Source of the DNA: Zygnema circumcarinatum SAG 698-1b
Lineage: Eukaryota > Plantae > Zygnematophyceae
NCBI GenBank assembly: GCA_037447605.1
Contig: CM074809.1
Location: forward strand, 2,780,689-2,844,688
Length of the DNA stretch: 64,000 nucleotides
Reading direction: 5' to 3'
Both the position numbers and the translations under genes were made by a program. The notes under the pieces were generated by a model. The model was not told the DNA's origin and did not search any database. It worked only from the letters and a program-made list of their open reading frames with translations. This document shows, piece after piece, positions 25,301-39,444 of the stretch. The number at the start of each line of letters is the position of its first letter. The first letter of the stretch is position 1.

Positions 25301-27472
25301 CCTCCCCACCCCCGGTCACGTTCTTTCTTACTTCACCTTCACCCACATTACAGTCAGCAGCGAGGTCCACTTACCACAGCCGACATTGCCAAAGAGGTAA
25401 ATGCCTTGAGGAGGGAGAGGAGGGAGAGGACGGGGAGGGAGAGCTGCGTCAAGCGCCTTCTCTCTCTTCAGCTCCCGCACCATTCGGCCGGGCCCTCGTT
25501 CGACCCTTCTCTTTCTGAATAGCTCTCCCATCCCCTTCTCACATCAAACCACTCCCTCAAGCACGAAGATGTCCACCATGAATTTTGTCCTGAACTACAA
25601 AGCGCAGACTTGGACTTAATGGCAATGGTACAGCTCATCATTTGTAGAATCCTTTCCCCCACCCAGAGAACACAAAAAGAGAATTCTCCATTGAGACCTC
25701 GACCATCGGCAGCAAACAAAGCAGGTCCATCCTCACCGAAAGAGCCACCGAGAGAGGGAGTGTTTCTGTGCTTCTCGTTGTGCCCTCTCTGCTCTCTCTC
25801 TCTCCATCTCCTCCGCCAGCATCTGCATTCGCAGCAGCTGACGCTTCGACAGCCATTCGAGGAGTCTTGTCTGCGAGCAGGGAAAGCGAGAGAGAGAGAG
25901 AGAGAGTCTGAGCGAGCGAGGGGCAGATAACCAGCAGAGCCTCAGCATGAGTACTCGAAGGGACAACGGTATGCCGTTTTATTCAGTTGCCACATTTCAC
26001 TTCTTTCTTCATTTCAATCAACTTTGTTATTCATTTTCATTTTCAATTCTGTCCGACTACTGTAAGGGGGGTTCAATGTGGGTCATCTTCATATTGCTGA
26101 GTACTCCTTTTAATCAAGATGATTAACAACCATCGTGGTTCTGCCACTTCGGGACTGATTTGAATTTCCTGAAATTCCAATTAGAAATATCTAGTCCGTA
26201 AGTGATATACTCAGGGAGCAGGCAGGAAAAGCTCTCGGGGCCCTCACTTGATGTTCCTTCATTCGCTGGTGATGCCCCACAAGCTCTTCAGTGAGCACGT
26301 CCATGGCTGCGACAACTTGCCTCTGTGCAGGATCGTCCCGAAGTACGCCGCAGCTAATTAGCTGCATATAGCGTTGCAGCGTAAACTTTTGAACGCCTGC
26401 TCCTTGCATTCACCACCCCGAGGTTTCCCTCACGTAAAGAGTTTAAATTGAATCTCGTAACAGCATGCCGCCTCCTTTGCAAATGCCCTTACACAAGGCT
26501 AGCACGTGCCACAGACCAGGTTGGTCACAGATCATACCCCTGAGCCCTCTACTCCGAAAGCTAAGCTATTCAAGGAGAGAAGGCAGAGTCAATCTCAGGC
26601 TCATGTGCCAGGCACAGGAGCATTTGTTTGCTGCCAAACCTTCGTACCATCTACCGCTTGAAACTGAAGCTATGTCAACCCTCACAGAGGGACAGAATAG
26701 TCCGTAATCTGGCTGTCAGGGCGTCTGCCTGTGTGCAGCTGTTCGGATGCGTGTTACGTATTGTGGTCATTTTTTGCTAGAGGTTCAGACTCGATTCTGA
26801 AAGGGTCCGAAGATGGCGGTTGTAGCGGATCAGCAGACGGTAACTTGTATGTCATGAATTGGCTGTCTTAAAACCATATTTCTTGCTTCTTGCCCAGTTA
26901 GAACCCATCGCAAAAAATGCAATATTTAAACCTGGGGTGCAACAATGAATGTGATGACAAATGACAAGGCTGCCTGCAATATTTAGTGTAAAATTGTCAT
27001 TGCATGATCGTTCGTAAAGTGATGAGTAGAGAGGGCAGTGATGGTTCGAATCTCGACATGTGGTGGTGCTCGGTCGACCAATTTGGCAAACTACCATTCA
27101 GCGCTCCTTGATCCCGCCACAAGAAAGCAGACGACTGGAAAGGCTGTGGAAAACGTCACTTCTCAGTTCTCTACGCATCAAAAGCTTGTTAAACACCAAG
27201 AAATTTCAAGATCATTCCTTTGCTTCGTTTCCCTTCGTAAGGTTCAAGATTCAAAGTCCATGAGCGCTATTGTTCCCAGGCCCCTCCCGTCTTTGCAGAC
27301 CTGTAACTTCCACAGGCGCGCTGCTTGTCGAGCGAGAACGAGCTTGCCATGGTGGCGGAGAGATCCAACAGCTCCATTGGTTGGGTTTCAAAGGAGGAGC
27401 TCCGAGCAGATGCCGCACGAAACGCGTGAGGATGCTGCCACTGCCCTTTGCCAGGTGGAGCGGAGCCGCCAT
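22392..27472 (-). CDS. AFG1L: AFG1-like (lactation elevated 1 / ZapE family) mitochondrial ATPase
   Basis: Presequence-like exon 27472-27301 (MAAPLHLAKGSGSILTRFVRHLL). Walker A PQGIYLFGNVGCG|KTLLMDL (exons 25514-25375 and 25230-25151), RLHFHA, Walker B LLCFDEIQ|VVDVFTAVAL...VLVATSNRPP, DGLQRHLFEQFV, TVMFGR, ARFAFDDLC, FITLIDELYN. Last exon 22475-22392 is ISRLVEMQKPSY...*. Confidence 0.88.
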
Positions 27473-27597
27473 GGCTGCTCAGAGGCTCTGAGATCGGCTG
27501 TCGAAGGCCACCCTCACCGAGAGGGATTATGCCGCAGCGCCAGTTTCCCTCCCAGCGCTGCTCAAAGGGGAAGGGGCAAGGGGGCGAGGGAGCGAGG

Positions 27598-27668
27598 GGC
27601 AGTCGGGAGCGACAAGTCAGGAGTTAGCCATGAGTCAGGAGCTAGTCGGGAGTCACGAGTCAGTCAGA
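27598..27668. repeat. Degenerate ~10-bp AGTC(A/G)GGAG tandem repeat upstream of AFG1L, followed by (CATG)4 at 27686-27701
   Basis: gcagtcgggagcgacaagtcaggagttagccatgagtcaggagctagtcgggagtcacgagtcagtcag lies ~130-200 bp upstream of the AFG1L ATG. Confidence 0.5.
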
Positions 27669-28227
27669 GGCGGTCTCCTTCGCTCCATGCATGCATGCAT
27701 GCCTTGGGGCCCCCCTCGCATGTTCCGATAGACTCTGTCGTGTGGTGAGCGCGTGGGGGCGTGGGGATGACGATGCGGCAGCCCGTGTTCATCGACATAT
27801 GGCCTGAAGGTGCTATGGAAAAGCCGAACGAGCAGTGATCGATGAAATTTCAGCTTTTCTACTCAGTGTTCCATGTACCCAACTGGCATATGTGCGCCAA
27901 GGACAGGCTAGTTCAGTGTGTTTCTGCTCTTGTCGCCATTGAAAGGTGGCATTTGAAAGGCCGGTAGTAGAGAAAGAGCGTTCCGACGAGCAAGAGTTTG
28001 AATTTAATGAGAGGGCCAGGATATGCAGCATGTGTTACCGAGGGGCAGGATGTTGGGCGATGCTTCTCTAATCACTGTGTGAATTCAATGGACATCTTTC
28101 AAAGCCATCCATGGAGTGTGGGCTGCCGTGGTAAAGATTGATGGGAAACAGTGACAGGTCGTGCAGGTGAGGGCTTTTGAGTCTGCTTGGAGCTTCACTC
28201 GACCACTCCACTTCCAAGCGAACAAAG

Positions 28228-31045
28228 CTATGGAAACGTGCTCCCTCTGACAGAGCGGATAATTGCTCGCACTCGTTCTTCTGAAGTCACCATTATCTCG
28301 TCATCGCTAGTAACTCTGCATAGCATCTCCCATCCCAGGCTGTAGACTATGAGATTCAACCAAATCCGAGAGCAGAGAAAAGACTGCGAGTCATCTGCGA
28401 GTTGTCAGTGTTGGGCAACTGTTGAATATAGTTTATGCTGACTCGGCCACAGACAACATCCCTCAGACTTTCCCCTGCACTCACCCCGGGACTGAGAAGG
28501 AGCATCTAGAATTGCTGCCCTCCATCTTTATCGAGCGGACAACTCGTGCTGAGCCGTGCAGCTCATGCACTCCCGTGTTGTGCACAATTTCTGCCGCATT
28601 GGCCTCGCTTACCCCACCTGCTCAGAGGCAGGCTATCAGGTGAAGCCTAAACAACAAGGGTGGCCAATCAATGGCCTGCATGATAATGCATGCACCGTGA
28701 CTGGGAGTGATGGTGGAGGCCGCCGGCCTGCAGTGGTACTGACCGCCAGGCATGACTGACAGACGACCTCGAGCTGCCTCTGCCAATGAACGAATGAGAG
28801 GGATGCCCTGCATTGCTGTCTGCTGCTGTCCAGAGGTGAGCAGTCTGCGGATGCCCAACTCTGTCAGCACCTGCACACATTTTCACGGCAATCAAGTATC
28901 AATTTAGCTCTTCCTCACACTCCATGGCTCACCTGTACAGGAGTGACTCACAGTTATCAGCGTGCAGACATGATTGACAGACAGCAGCACAGGAATGGCA
29001 GCAATAGCTTCCTAGGAAGGATCAGGAGCTTTCGACTCCCACCTCGAGGGCACTCATAGGGTCTGTGGCCATATCGAACGCCCGATGAAATGTCACATCC
29101 AGCGACATCTCTGTGCAGATGGCCAGCAAAAACTGCAACTGCACTGCATCACAACCCGGAGAGAGCTGGAGACAGATGTATTCTACGATCGTTTGGAAGA
29201 CACTAAATCTCTTAGAGCCTCCCCCGCAGCTGCTTTATTAGCATGAGGTGAATTCATGAATACGGGAGGAAACGTTACCGGACCATTTGTCCAAATGCTT
29301 GAGCCCTTACTTCCACAAGGACCCTAATGTGCTCTTACCCTCTTAATGTCCACGTCTCCTTTCGATGTAAGCAGTCCCAGAACCACTCCTTCAGCCCCCA
29401 ATTGCTTGGCTATGCGAATATCCTCTGACATCACCTATTCCCATGTGTGAACGACAAGGGAGGCAGCATGTCACACCTCTCCTGAAAATTTCAATGATTT
29501 TTAATCAACATAAGTGTCTGTGGCCCATCTGATCAGCACTCTGCTTGCTAATGTCTTTGTAAACATTGGCTCAACATCCAATCAACCTGCCTAGCCTGCT
29601 TGTCATGCTTCTGTCATTTGTGTGGAAAGCATGCAAAATCTCTATCTATTTTTCTGTAGAGAGTGCCGAGATTCGGCGTTGTGACTCCCTCCAGCAGGAC
29701 GCCACGAAGCAAGTATGGGCCAAGCTTCTGGGAAGGGCTATGCTTTATCCCCAATGAATTTCCTAAGTAACCTTAAAACATCCCTCATTCTTCAGTCGTT
29801 TTTTTTTTTCAATTCGTTGAGGACATGAACTAGTTGATGTTGGCCATAACAGTACCCTTGAACAGCTATAAACTGTAAGTGCTTCTGTCAATTGAATGCA
29901 GTACGAAGCGCACCTTCACTTCCTCATCCGAGTACACGAAGTTGCCTGCTCGTGGCCTGATGAGCACGTGGATTGGAATGTGTACGCACGCTCTAACCAC
30001 CTTTAGCACTGCATCGGCCAATAGCCCTATTCATCTGTACTGTCGTGAACAGTAAGATGGATAAGGTCGAACCAGGAGGGGAGGACAATGAATTGGAGAC
30101 CGTGACGAGGTTAGGCGAACCGACTAATTACAAACGAAGAACCGCCGGATATAGGAGGGGATCTGGGGGGAGAAGTGGATGTGGGAGAGGAGACGAACAA
30201 CGAAGCGGGAAATGAAAGAGAAGCGTAAGAGGGCACGACCGAGTGGTGAAAACACTGCACACTCAGACATCGGCAGAAAAGAGAGTAGACGTGCAAGCTC
30301 TCAAGAGCTCCTCCAGGCTACTGTGCCTGATTAAAACGAAGCTGTGATATCTAGACAGTCGATTGCAAACATGTTAACTTAGTCCTTTTGCTCCTGGTCA
30401 GCCAGGATGTGGTCTGTATGCTTGTCATTGAATCTTGTCCATCAAGCGCAACGGCCAGAGCTCACTGCCATAGCTGCAGGTAGTGCCTCCTTCCAAGAGA
30501 TTTGCGCACAGTTCCAATCGAGATGCGCCGCCTGCTACCTCAAGCCAGTCAACCACGCGTTCACAAGGGAATGCTTAACTGCAAAAAAGTAAATGCAATG
30601 CCATATTCGGTGTTCAAACTGACGGCTTAACAAGGTGGAAAGAAGTTCTCAAAAGGTCTTCATCCTGCTTTCTCATTCCTTTTTCAACCAATTTCGACAA
30701 TAACTTGTTTTGGACGAAAAAGTCAAACATGGATACAGCCTTTGACCTAAGGAATCCTTCACAATTTTCCCGCCATGGTGACGAAACAATGAGCGCTTTG
30801 GCTACAGTGATATTCCTTCCTTCTTTCAACCATTCCCATACTTGATGAATGATGCCTTGCTGAATGATCAGACAACCTGACCAGGTTCTGAGCCTAAAAC
30901 TTCTCCTTCCAGTACATTCTAAAAGCGACAAAGCAGTTCATGCAGCCAACAGCTGTCAGCTTTATGGATCCTCTGTCTCTTTCCCACCTCTCTCCGCCGC
31001 CATGGCTGACTCCACGGAGTCCACGCATGCCTCGAACAGCAACAT
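28228..31045 (-). CDS. CUTC: Copper homeostasis protein CutC, 252 aa, 8 exons
   Basis: Exons 31045-30988, 30531-30466, 30008-29914, 29434-29339, 29138-29043, 28870-28744, 28617-28485 and 28315-28228 total 759 nt in frame. Motifs LFEACVDSVESAMAAERGGASRLELC, IPIHVLIRPRAGNFVYSDEE, GAEGVVLG, DVTFHRAFD, RLLTSGQ, VMPGGGV and ELHGSAR. Confidence 0.93.
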
Positions 31046-33250
31046 GCCACGTGGCCGGCAGCACCGCCAGCCAAAACGTAACCCTAATTTTCCCGCTCCC
31101 TGGCCCTGGCCCTGCGCCCAGGCCCCCGGGGGCCTGGCACGTGCGACAGGCCCGGCCTGGCTTCTCATTGGCCCATCGCACGCGTGGGGTTTCGGCGCCA
31201 GCCTGCGGCACTCGGCAAGGCGGGGCCGCCAATCAATGCGGAAGCAAGGCGCCTGGACGGGACGGGTCCAAAGTACCGTAGCAGAGGCGGTTGGCCGTAC
31301 GCCAGTACGGCCACGGCGCTCAACTCCGTACGTGGATGCGACACGCGGACGGCGAAGATTCACCCGGTCGGCGGGGCGGGCGGGTGCCGTACGGCCTGCG
31401 TGAGCTGTCCGACGCGGCCATGCTCAGATTGGCGCCGACGTACGAACGTACGGACGGATGGACGGACGGACTTGCGGGGATGTCCGTACGCCGCAGCCCC
31501 GGATTCCCGTCGGATGAGCCAGCGGGAAGGGACTGCAAAGCGGAGAAAAATCTCGTTTTTCCGAGGGAGGGGGGGAGGGAGCGTACGGACTGGCCGCAGC
31601 CGGCCGGCAGTCGTACTGGCACGAGTATACAAATTTACATTTACGAACCATGTTTTGTCGTGTTCTAGTTGCGGTACGGTGTGGGTGGGCATGCCGGGGA
31701 GCCCTATCATAGTCTCGTTTGTGCAGAGGGAGGATGTGGCCTTGATCTCACGATCGCGATGAGGCCGTCGTTTCTGCACTGTGCAAGCCGATGAGAGTTC
31801 GCCAAAAAGCGTAAAGCCAGATCCGGCCAATCGGATACCTTTCGCGCCTTGGATTTTAACATGGGCCCAAGAAGAAGGACGCGCTCGGCGCCGCCCGCCA
31901 CGTCGACCGGAGCACGATGGCCGCCCGCACCGACAGCTCGCCAATCTTAAAATTGATATTCCCCTTCATTGTAAATTTTTCGACCAATGGCGTGCGCCCT
32001 CCCCCAAACGATCCGCCCATCGCCGCCGCCCATCCGCACCGTCCAAACGTATTGCTGCGTGTGCCTGCCCAGCCGCACGGGGGCCGCGCCAAGTCGCCAG
32101 CCTTCTATGTTGCCGATTGGTGTTTTCCGCGGCGTTTTTTTACCGGGCCAACTGCTGCCCCGCAACGGCCGTCCTTTATGGGAGGCGAACATGTCCCCCC
32201 GCTCCCAACTTGCTCGCGCCATGCGAACCGGGCGTCCCCCATAACAGCGAAACGTACGGCGACGGTTCCCCCACACGTGCGAGCGACCGCGACCTCACCC
32301 GAAGTCCCTTCGCGGGCCTCCCCAGTCCCTCCCCGCGCCGTGGCCGCCCACCCGCCCGCCCGTCCGTTACGGATCATTGGCTTCCATGAATGCGAATGAT
32401 TACATGCGCCGCCTCCGGCTGGCGCCCGCCCTCCACAGTGCGCCCGCCCGCCTGCCCGCCCGCCCGGGCGGCGCGGGCCCCTCGAGTCGCGACCCGGCCC
32501 GGCCCGGCGTGGCCGCCCAATCATGCGCGCGACAGGCCCCGCCGTCGGCCCTTCCTGGATCCCTCCGACCCCCTTTGGCGCGACGCGCGGCGCGCCAGCT
32601 GGCGAGCACTGTCGCGCGCACCGGAAAGTCGCGGCCGCTCGTCGCGACGCGCGTCGGCCGTACCCTCGCAACCACCGCGGCGGTTGCACGCCACGTGCTG
32701 GCCACCGACGTGGCGCGCTCTGGAGCGCTCTCAGGCCGAGTCGCGACGATGCCGATGTCGGTGTATCTGCGGGCTGGCCAAGCCCTCCACCCCTGACGTC
32801 ATGGTTATGACGTCATCCGCGGAAACGAGCGCCGTTTGGCCTGCGCGCCCGGGGGCGGTCGGCCCGCGCGCCGACAGGCGAAGGCCACGTGGCCGTCCGC
32901 CAGCTGGCGCGCGCCCGTTTGGCCTGTGCGGGGCATGGCCGAGTTATGGCGGCCCGCCGGCCGCCCGCCCGCCCTGCGCGCGCAACATACATGCATACAT
33001 ACATACACCGCGCGTGATGTGATGTGTGATGTGATGTGTGATGTGATGTGATGTGATGCAGGGCGGCGCTGCATCACCTGGCTGCCTGCCTGCCGCCCAA
33101 TAATGCGCCCCCCCCGCCTCCCCTCCCCTCTCGCAGACACGCTCGGCGCGCCTCCCCGCCCCGGCCTGCCTGCCTGCCTGCCTGCACGAGCGCAGGACTA
33201 AAGGGCTCAGGGCGCAGGGCTCAGGGGTGAGGGCCCCCGGGACGGGAGCC
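31046..33250. promoter_or_regulatory. GC-rich bidirectional promoter island between CutC and HD-Zip II
   Basis: Eleven GTAC cores in 31273-31677. Perfect G-boxes GCCACGTGGC at 31046-31055 and GGCCACGTGGCC at 32883-32894. Tandem TGACGTCA at 32794-32801 and 32808-32815. CCAAT boxes, and a (GATGT)n-like tract at ~33016-33058. Confidence 0.6.
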
Positions 33251-35670
<2,420 letters not shown>

Positions 35671-36829
35671 TCTCTCGTAGGCCACGCGCTGGGGGTAGCC
35701 ATAGGTCGTCGTTTTTTCCGCCAGGGAGCAATGTACTTTGTGTTCTTTATTCTTTTTGGCCGATGTGGAACTGGTAGGAAGGTGATGGGGATGATATCCT
35801 TTCAACATGTATCAGTGCGAAAGCGAGTCTGCAAGTGGATAGTGTAGAATGTACAGAGCAAGTAGAGACTTTCTGGGGAGAATGCTCCCTTAGTTCAGAG
35901 CTTGCTGGGTCCTTTGGAAGGTCTTCACGTGCCGAAAATGGCATCGTAGAGCATCTCCGAGAATGGCAGTGCAGGGCTGCTTGGCTGGCCCCCGGCTATC
36001 GGAATATTAATTCATTCGTTTTCTGTACCTGGCGTTTGGACGAGGTGGGGAGAGAGGAGAGCGACGCGGTAGAGTATTGTGAATACGATGTCAGTTTTGC
36101 TTAGGGGGAAGTGGCGAATTCTGCAGAGGATGCCAAAGGCCGTGTAAGAGTAGTCCAGGCATCTAACCCTCACTTGACGAAGTTCGAGTGATGGCTGGAT
36201 GTAGAGGTAGGAAGCTGCTGTCCACGTATTTGCTGACGCCTGGCTGGTGACCAGTGTTCCTAAAAGCTGTGAATTGGTGCCTTTGTGTGAAGGGGGTCTG
36301 TGGTTGGCAGATGGCTGTATGGCATGGGATGGAAAATAGCATGTCGCTATGTGTCTGTCTGTGAGGAATCGGACGTGATGGTTGGACAGCATGTTGAGGC
36401 GACTCGTGTTTGCTTTATGAAATGGCATTGCATATGCAAAGCGGCCAAGCTCATATTCTTCCAATTGTGTGTTCTGGCATATTTTTGGAAGAAACATGAA
36501 CCCACGTAGTGGAATTACTCGAACTCCAACATTCAAGGTAGTTCGTTTGAAATTGATTTCTACTGTATGAGTTTTCAATGGCGGGGGGAGATGTGTGTGA
36601 TGCTTCCGTTCAAATGAAGATCTTATTTGTGACTGGTTGAACATTTGAACAATCAAATCTAGGACAGACGGCTTCATTTTCTGAATCGTGATTCGCACAT
36701 GGTGGAATCTGTTTTAACATTTGGAACAGCTGCGAATAAACTTCCAAGCCTCTCAACCTCGTGTTCAATCGACTTGAATTAATGCTGAAATGTTCGACAA
36801 CGTGAATTGAAGGTGGACCGAGGCTGCGA

Positions 36830-38700
36830 GCACAATGCTGGGCGGGACGAAGCATTGCCAATCATTGGCGGATCACGCCGCTGTGCAGAATCCCCTCCCC
36901 GGCCCGTCCGTCACAGTCCCACAGTACGTCGCGATGCCCTCTCCGTACGCGTCAGTTCGGTCATTCCGTACGGCAACAACCGGATCGCCGTCGCGCTCTA
37001 ATGTTCGGTTCAGGACATGAACCTGCTGACATGTAGCCGTACGGGTCACGGCGTACGGAGGACATGGTTGTTTCGGCGCCGTACAGCGACGAAGCACGCG
37101 TTTCTGACCAGCCGTACGATACGGCAGAGACAGTACGGCCCAGCGCTCTCTGGGCGAGGTCGGTGGGCCTGGCGGCGCGCCGCTGAGGGACAGGCGATCG
37201 CGAATCGCGCGGCAGCCAATCGCCGCGCGCAGCCGGATTTGGAACAACGTGGCAAGTGCGCCACTAGGCCGTACACAGATCGCGATCCAGCCAGCTGGCG
37301 TGTTGAGCGGCAAATTTGTCGCATCCAATCGGAACGAGCCTGGCCACGCCACGCGGCGCGGACCCGTTGGTGCTCGGTCGGTCGGGGCGGACCGCGGGAG
37401 TGTGGCACGTCTCGGGCAGTGCAAAATATTTCGCAGGCAGCCACAAAACACCAGAATTTGTTTCGCAAAGTGCCACGCGGACGCCACGTGGCACTTTGTC
37501 GTTGGCGCAGCTGGCCATGGGGGCGCCCCTCCTGCTTCCGTCCGGCTGGCACCTGCGGGGGGCGCGGGACGGGTGGAAAACCTTGGGTCCGAATGCTGGA
37601 AAACTCGCCCCCTCAGTTTCTAACCTCACAGCTTCAACCAGTTGACAAAAGTTGGACCATAAGAACGCAGCCTTAGGCTGAGGGTGAGTGGTTGGATATC
37701 AGGGGAGAGAAAGAGAGAGAAGGTGTAGCATTGGTCTCACGATGTCGATGCTATCAAGTGTACATTGGCAAAATCATCAGGGGAACCACGAGGAACTGGA
37801 TCAGGATCAACATCGTACGGAGTTGAGGAGAACGGTGGAATGATGGTGTGGGGTCACCATGTCAAATGACGAAGCAAGAAGCATGGAATAAAGTCGTTCG
37901 AAGCTCGCAGCAAAAGAGTTGACGTCACATGAGTATCTGCTCCCACGGCTCACAGGAATTACCAATCGCCATCGCAAAGAGACAGCAGCAGCAGCAGCTA
38001 GCACAGGGGAGGGGATGCAAGCGAACAAAACATCAAATGAAGCCGTGGAGTAATGGAAATATCGATTGATTCTGCAGCTCGACCCGCGCGCCCTTGTTAA
38101 GGCCACATCGTAGCAGCAGAGCGATACCGTGCATCATGCATGCATGCATGCATGGATTGATCATCATCATCATCATCATCATCCCGCCCCGCACGGATGC
38201 CTGCCCGCCCAGGGCAGGGCAGGAGCCGCGCAGGACAGGACGCGCGGCCACGTGTGCCCCCCCCCCCGGATTGGGCGCCGGGGCCGCGCAGCTATGGCAG
38301 CGCGAGGCGCGCTAACGACAAGATGTTGTCCATTGCCAGGCCGACCGCCGCCGGTTTACGCCACGTGGCATGCATGGTCGGTGCCTCGCTCCGAGTGCGC
38401 GTCCACGGGCGGGCGGGCGGGCGCGGTTCGAATCCTGGCAGGCGCAGCGGGACACAGTTGCGTGCCGAGCATGGAACTCTCCGTACAGTCCGTCCGTACA
38501 TCACCGACAGCAATCCCCGGTGACCTTCGCGGCTGCTTCCGGGGTGAGAGGGAGGGCGGGCGGCGCCGCGGGGCCTTTGCGGGCAGTTGGTCCTCGTGGT
38601 TCCCGGTCATTATTTCGTCCATGTGCATGTATGTGATGGATGGATGGCACCATCGCCATCGCGAGGCCAATGCCACGTCCTTCTCGCGATCGGTTCTCTT
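36830..38700. promoter_or_regulatory. GC-rich regulatory island between HD-Zip II and the RTN4IP1-like gene
   Basis: Nine GTAC cores in 36924-37274 plus two near 38485-38500. GCCACGTGGC at 37483-37492 and 38360-38369, CAATCATTG at 36859-36867, (CATG)5 at 38135-38154 and (ATC)n at ~38158-38183. A plus-strand donor-like GG|GTGAGT at ~37683. No credible ORF. Confidence 0.5.
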
Positions 38701-39444
38701 TGTCCTTAGGTCCTTTGTGACCGATTGCTTTGGTTACCCAAGTTGATTTTGTCCATGGACATTTTATGGCCTTGCCATCGAGCGATCAATGCTATTCTAT
38801 CTTTAGAATGAAGGGGGAAAATGGCATTGATCTCACAATGGCGATGCCATCAAATGTACACGGACAAAAGCAACATGGGGAACCATGAGGAACTGGTCGC
38901 AATGGACCTAAGCACAAAAGAAAAAAGCTAAGAGCTATTCTATCTTTAGTATTTACTGAAGAAAGAAAATAAGTCTGTTTCATTGTTGCAAGTGAGCCTG
39001 CCATATTGCCATGCCCCCCGGTATTGGCAGGTTCTTGAAGTCGACACAATCAACGCCGTATGATCAAACTGTGCCTCGCTGAAGTGCTTGCTGCTGCAGC
39101 AAGTACGGTAAGCCCTGATCAAGGAATTAAACACATCAAGGTCAAAGCAGGCGATTATCAGAAAACTGAGAAAGCGTAACAAGGCAGAAAGTGACATGCG
39201 TATGTCAGCACGAAAGGGGCCTGTTCCTGCTGTATTCACCAAGAAAACAATCAGCAATGAGAATATGCACTGAGACGACATGTGCGGTGTAGCTCGTCAG
39301 ACAACTGACTTGTTCCGAAGCTCTTCTGCATGTGGGAAAGCTTTCTGATTCCTCTTAAGAATCTTTTGTGGAAGGCAGTGTGACGTGCAACGGCGTTTCG
39401 TGTGAAGGAGAACAATGAAGAAATCAGCAGTGTGTTTGGCAGAG

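Noticed and set aside
30894-33140. Many overlapping 100-210 aa Arg/Ala/Pro-rich ORFs in the CutC/HD-Zip intergenic region (likewise 9150-10670 and 36870-38750)
   Set aside because: Expected in GC-rich islands with few stop codons. No recognisable domains beyond the short CutC first exon.
36012-36698. 228-aa minus-strand ORF downstream of HD-Zip II
   Set aside because: Non-ATG start, no recognisable motif, and it lies antisense to the probable 3' UTR.
38405-38445. GGTTCGAATCC B-box/T-loop motif suggesting a tRNA (similar motifs at ~27044 and ~8769)
   Set aside because: No proper T-stem pairing, A-box, anticodon arm or acceptor stem. At most a SINE remnant.
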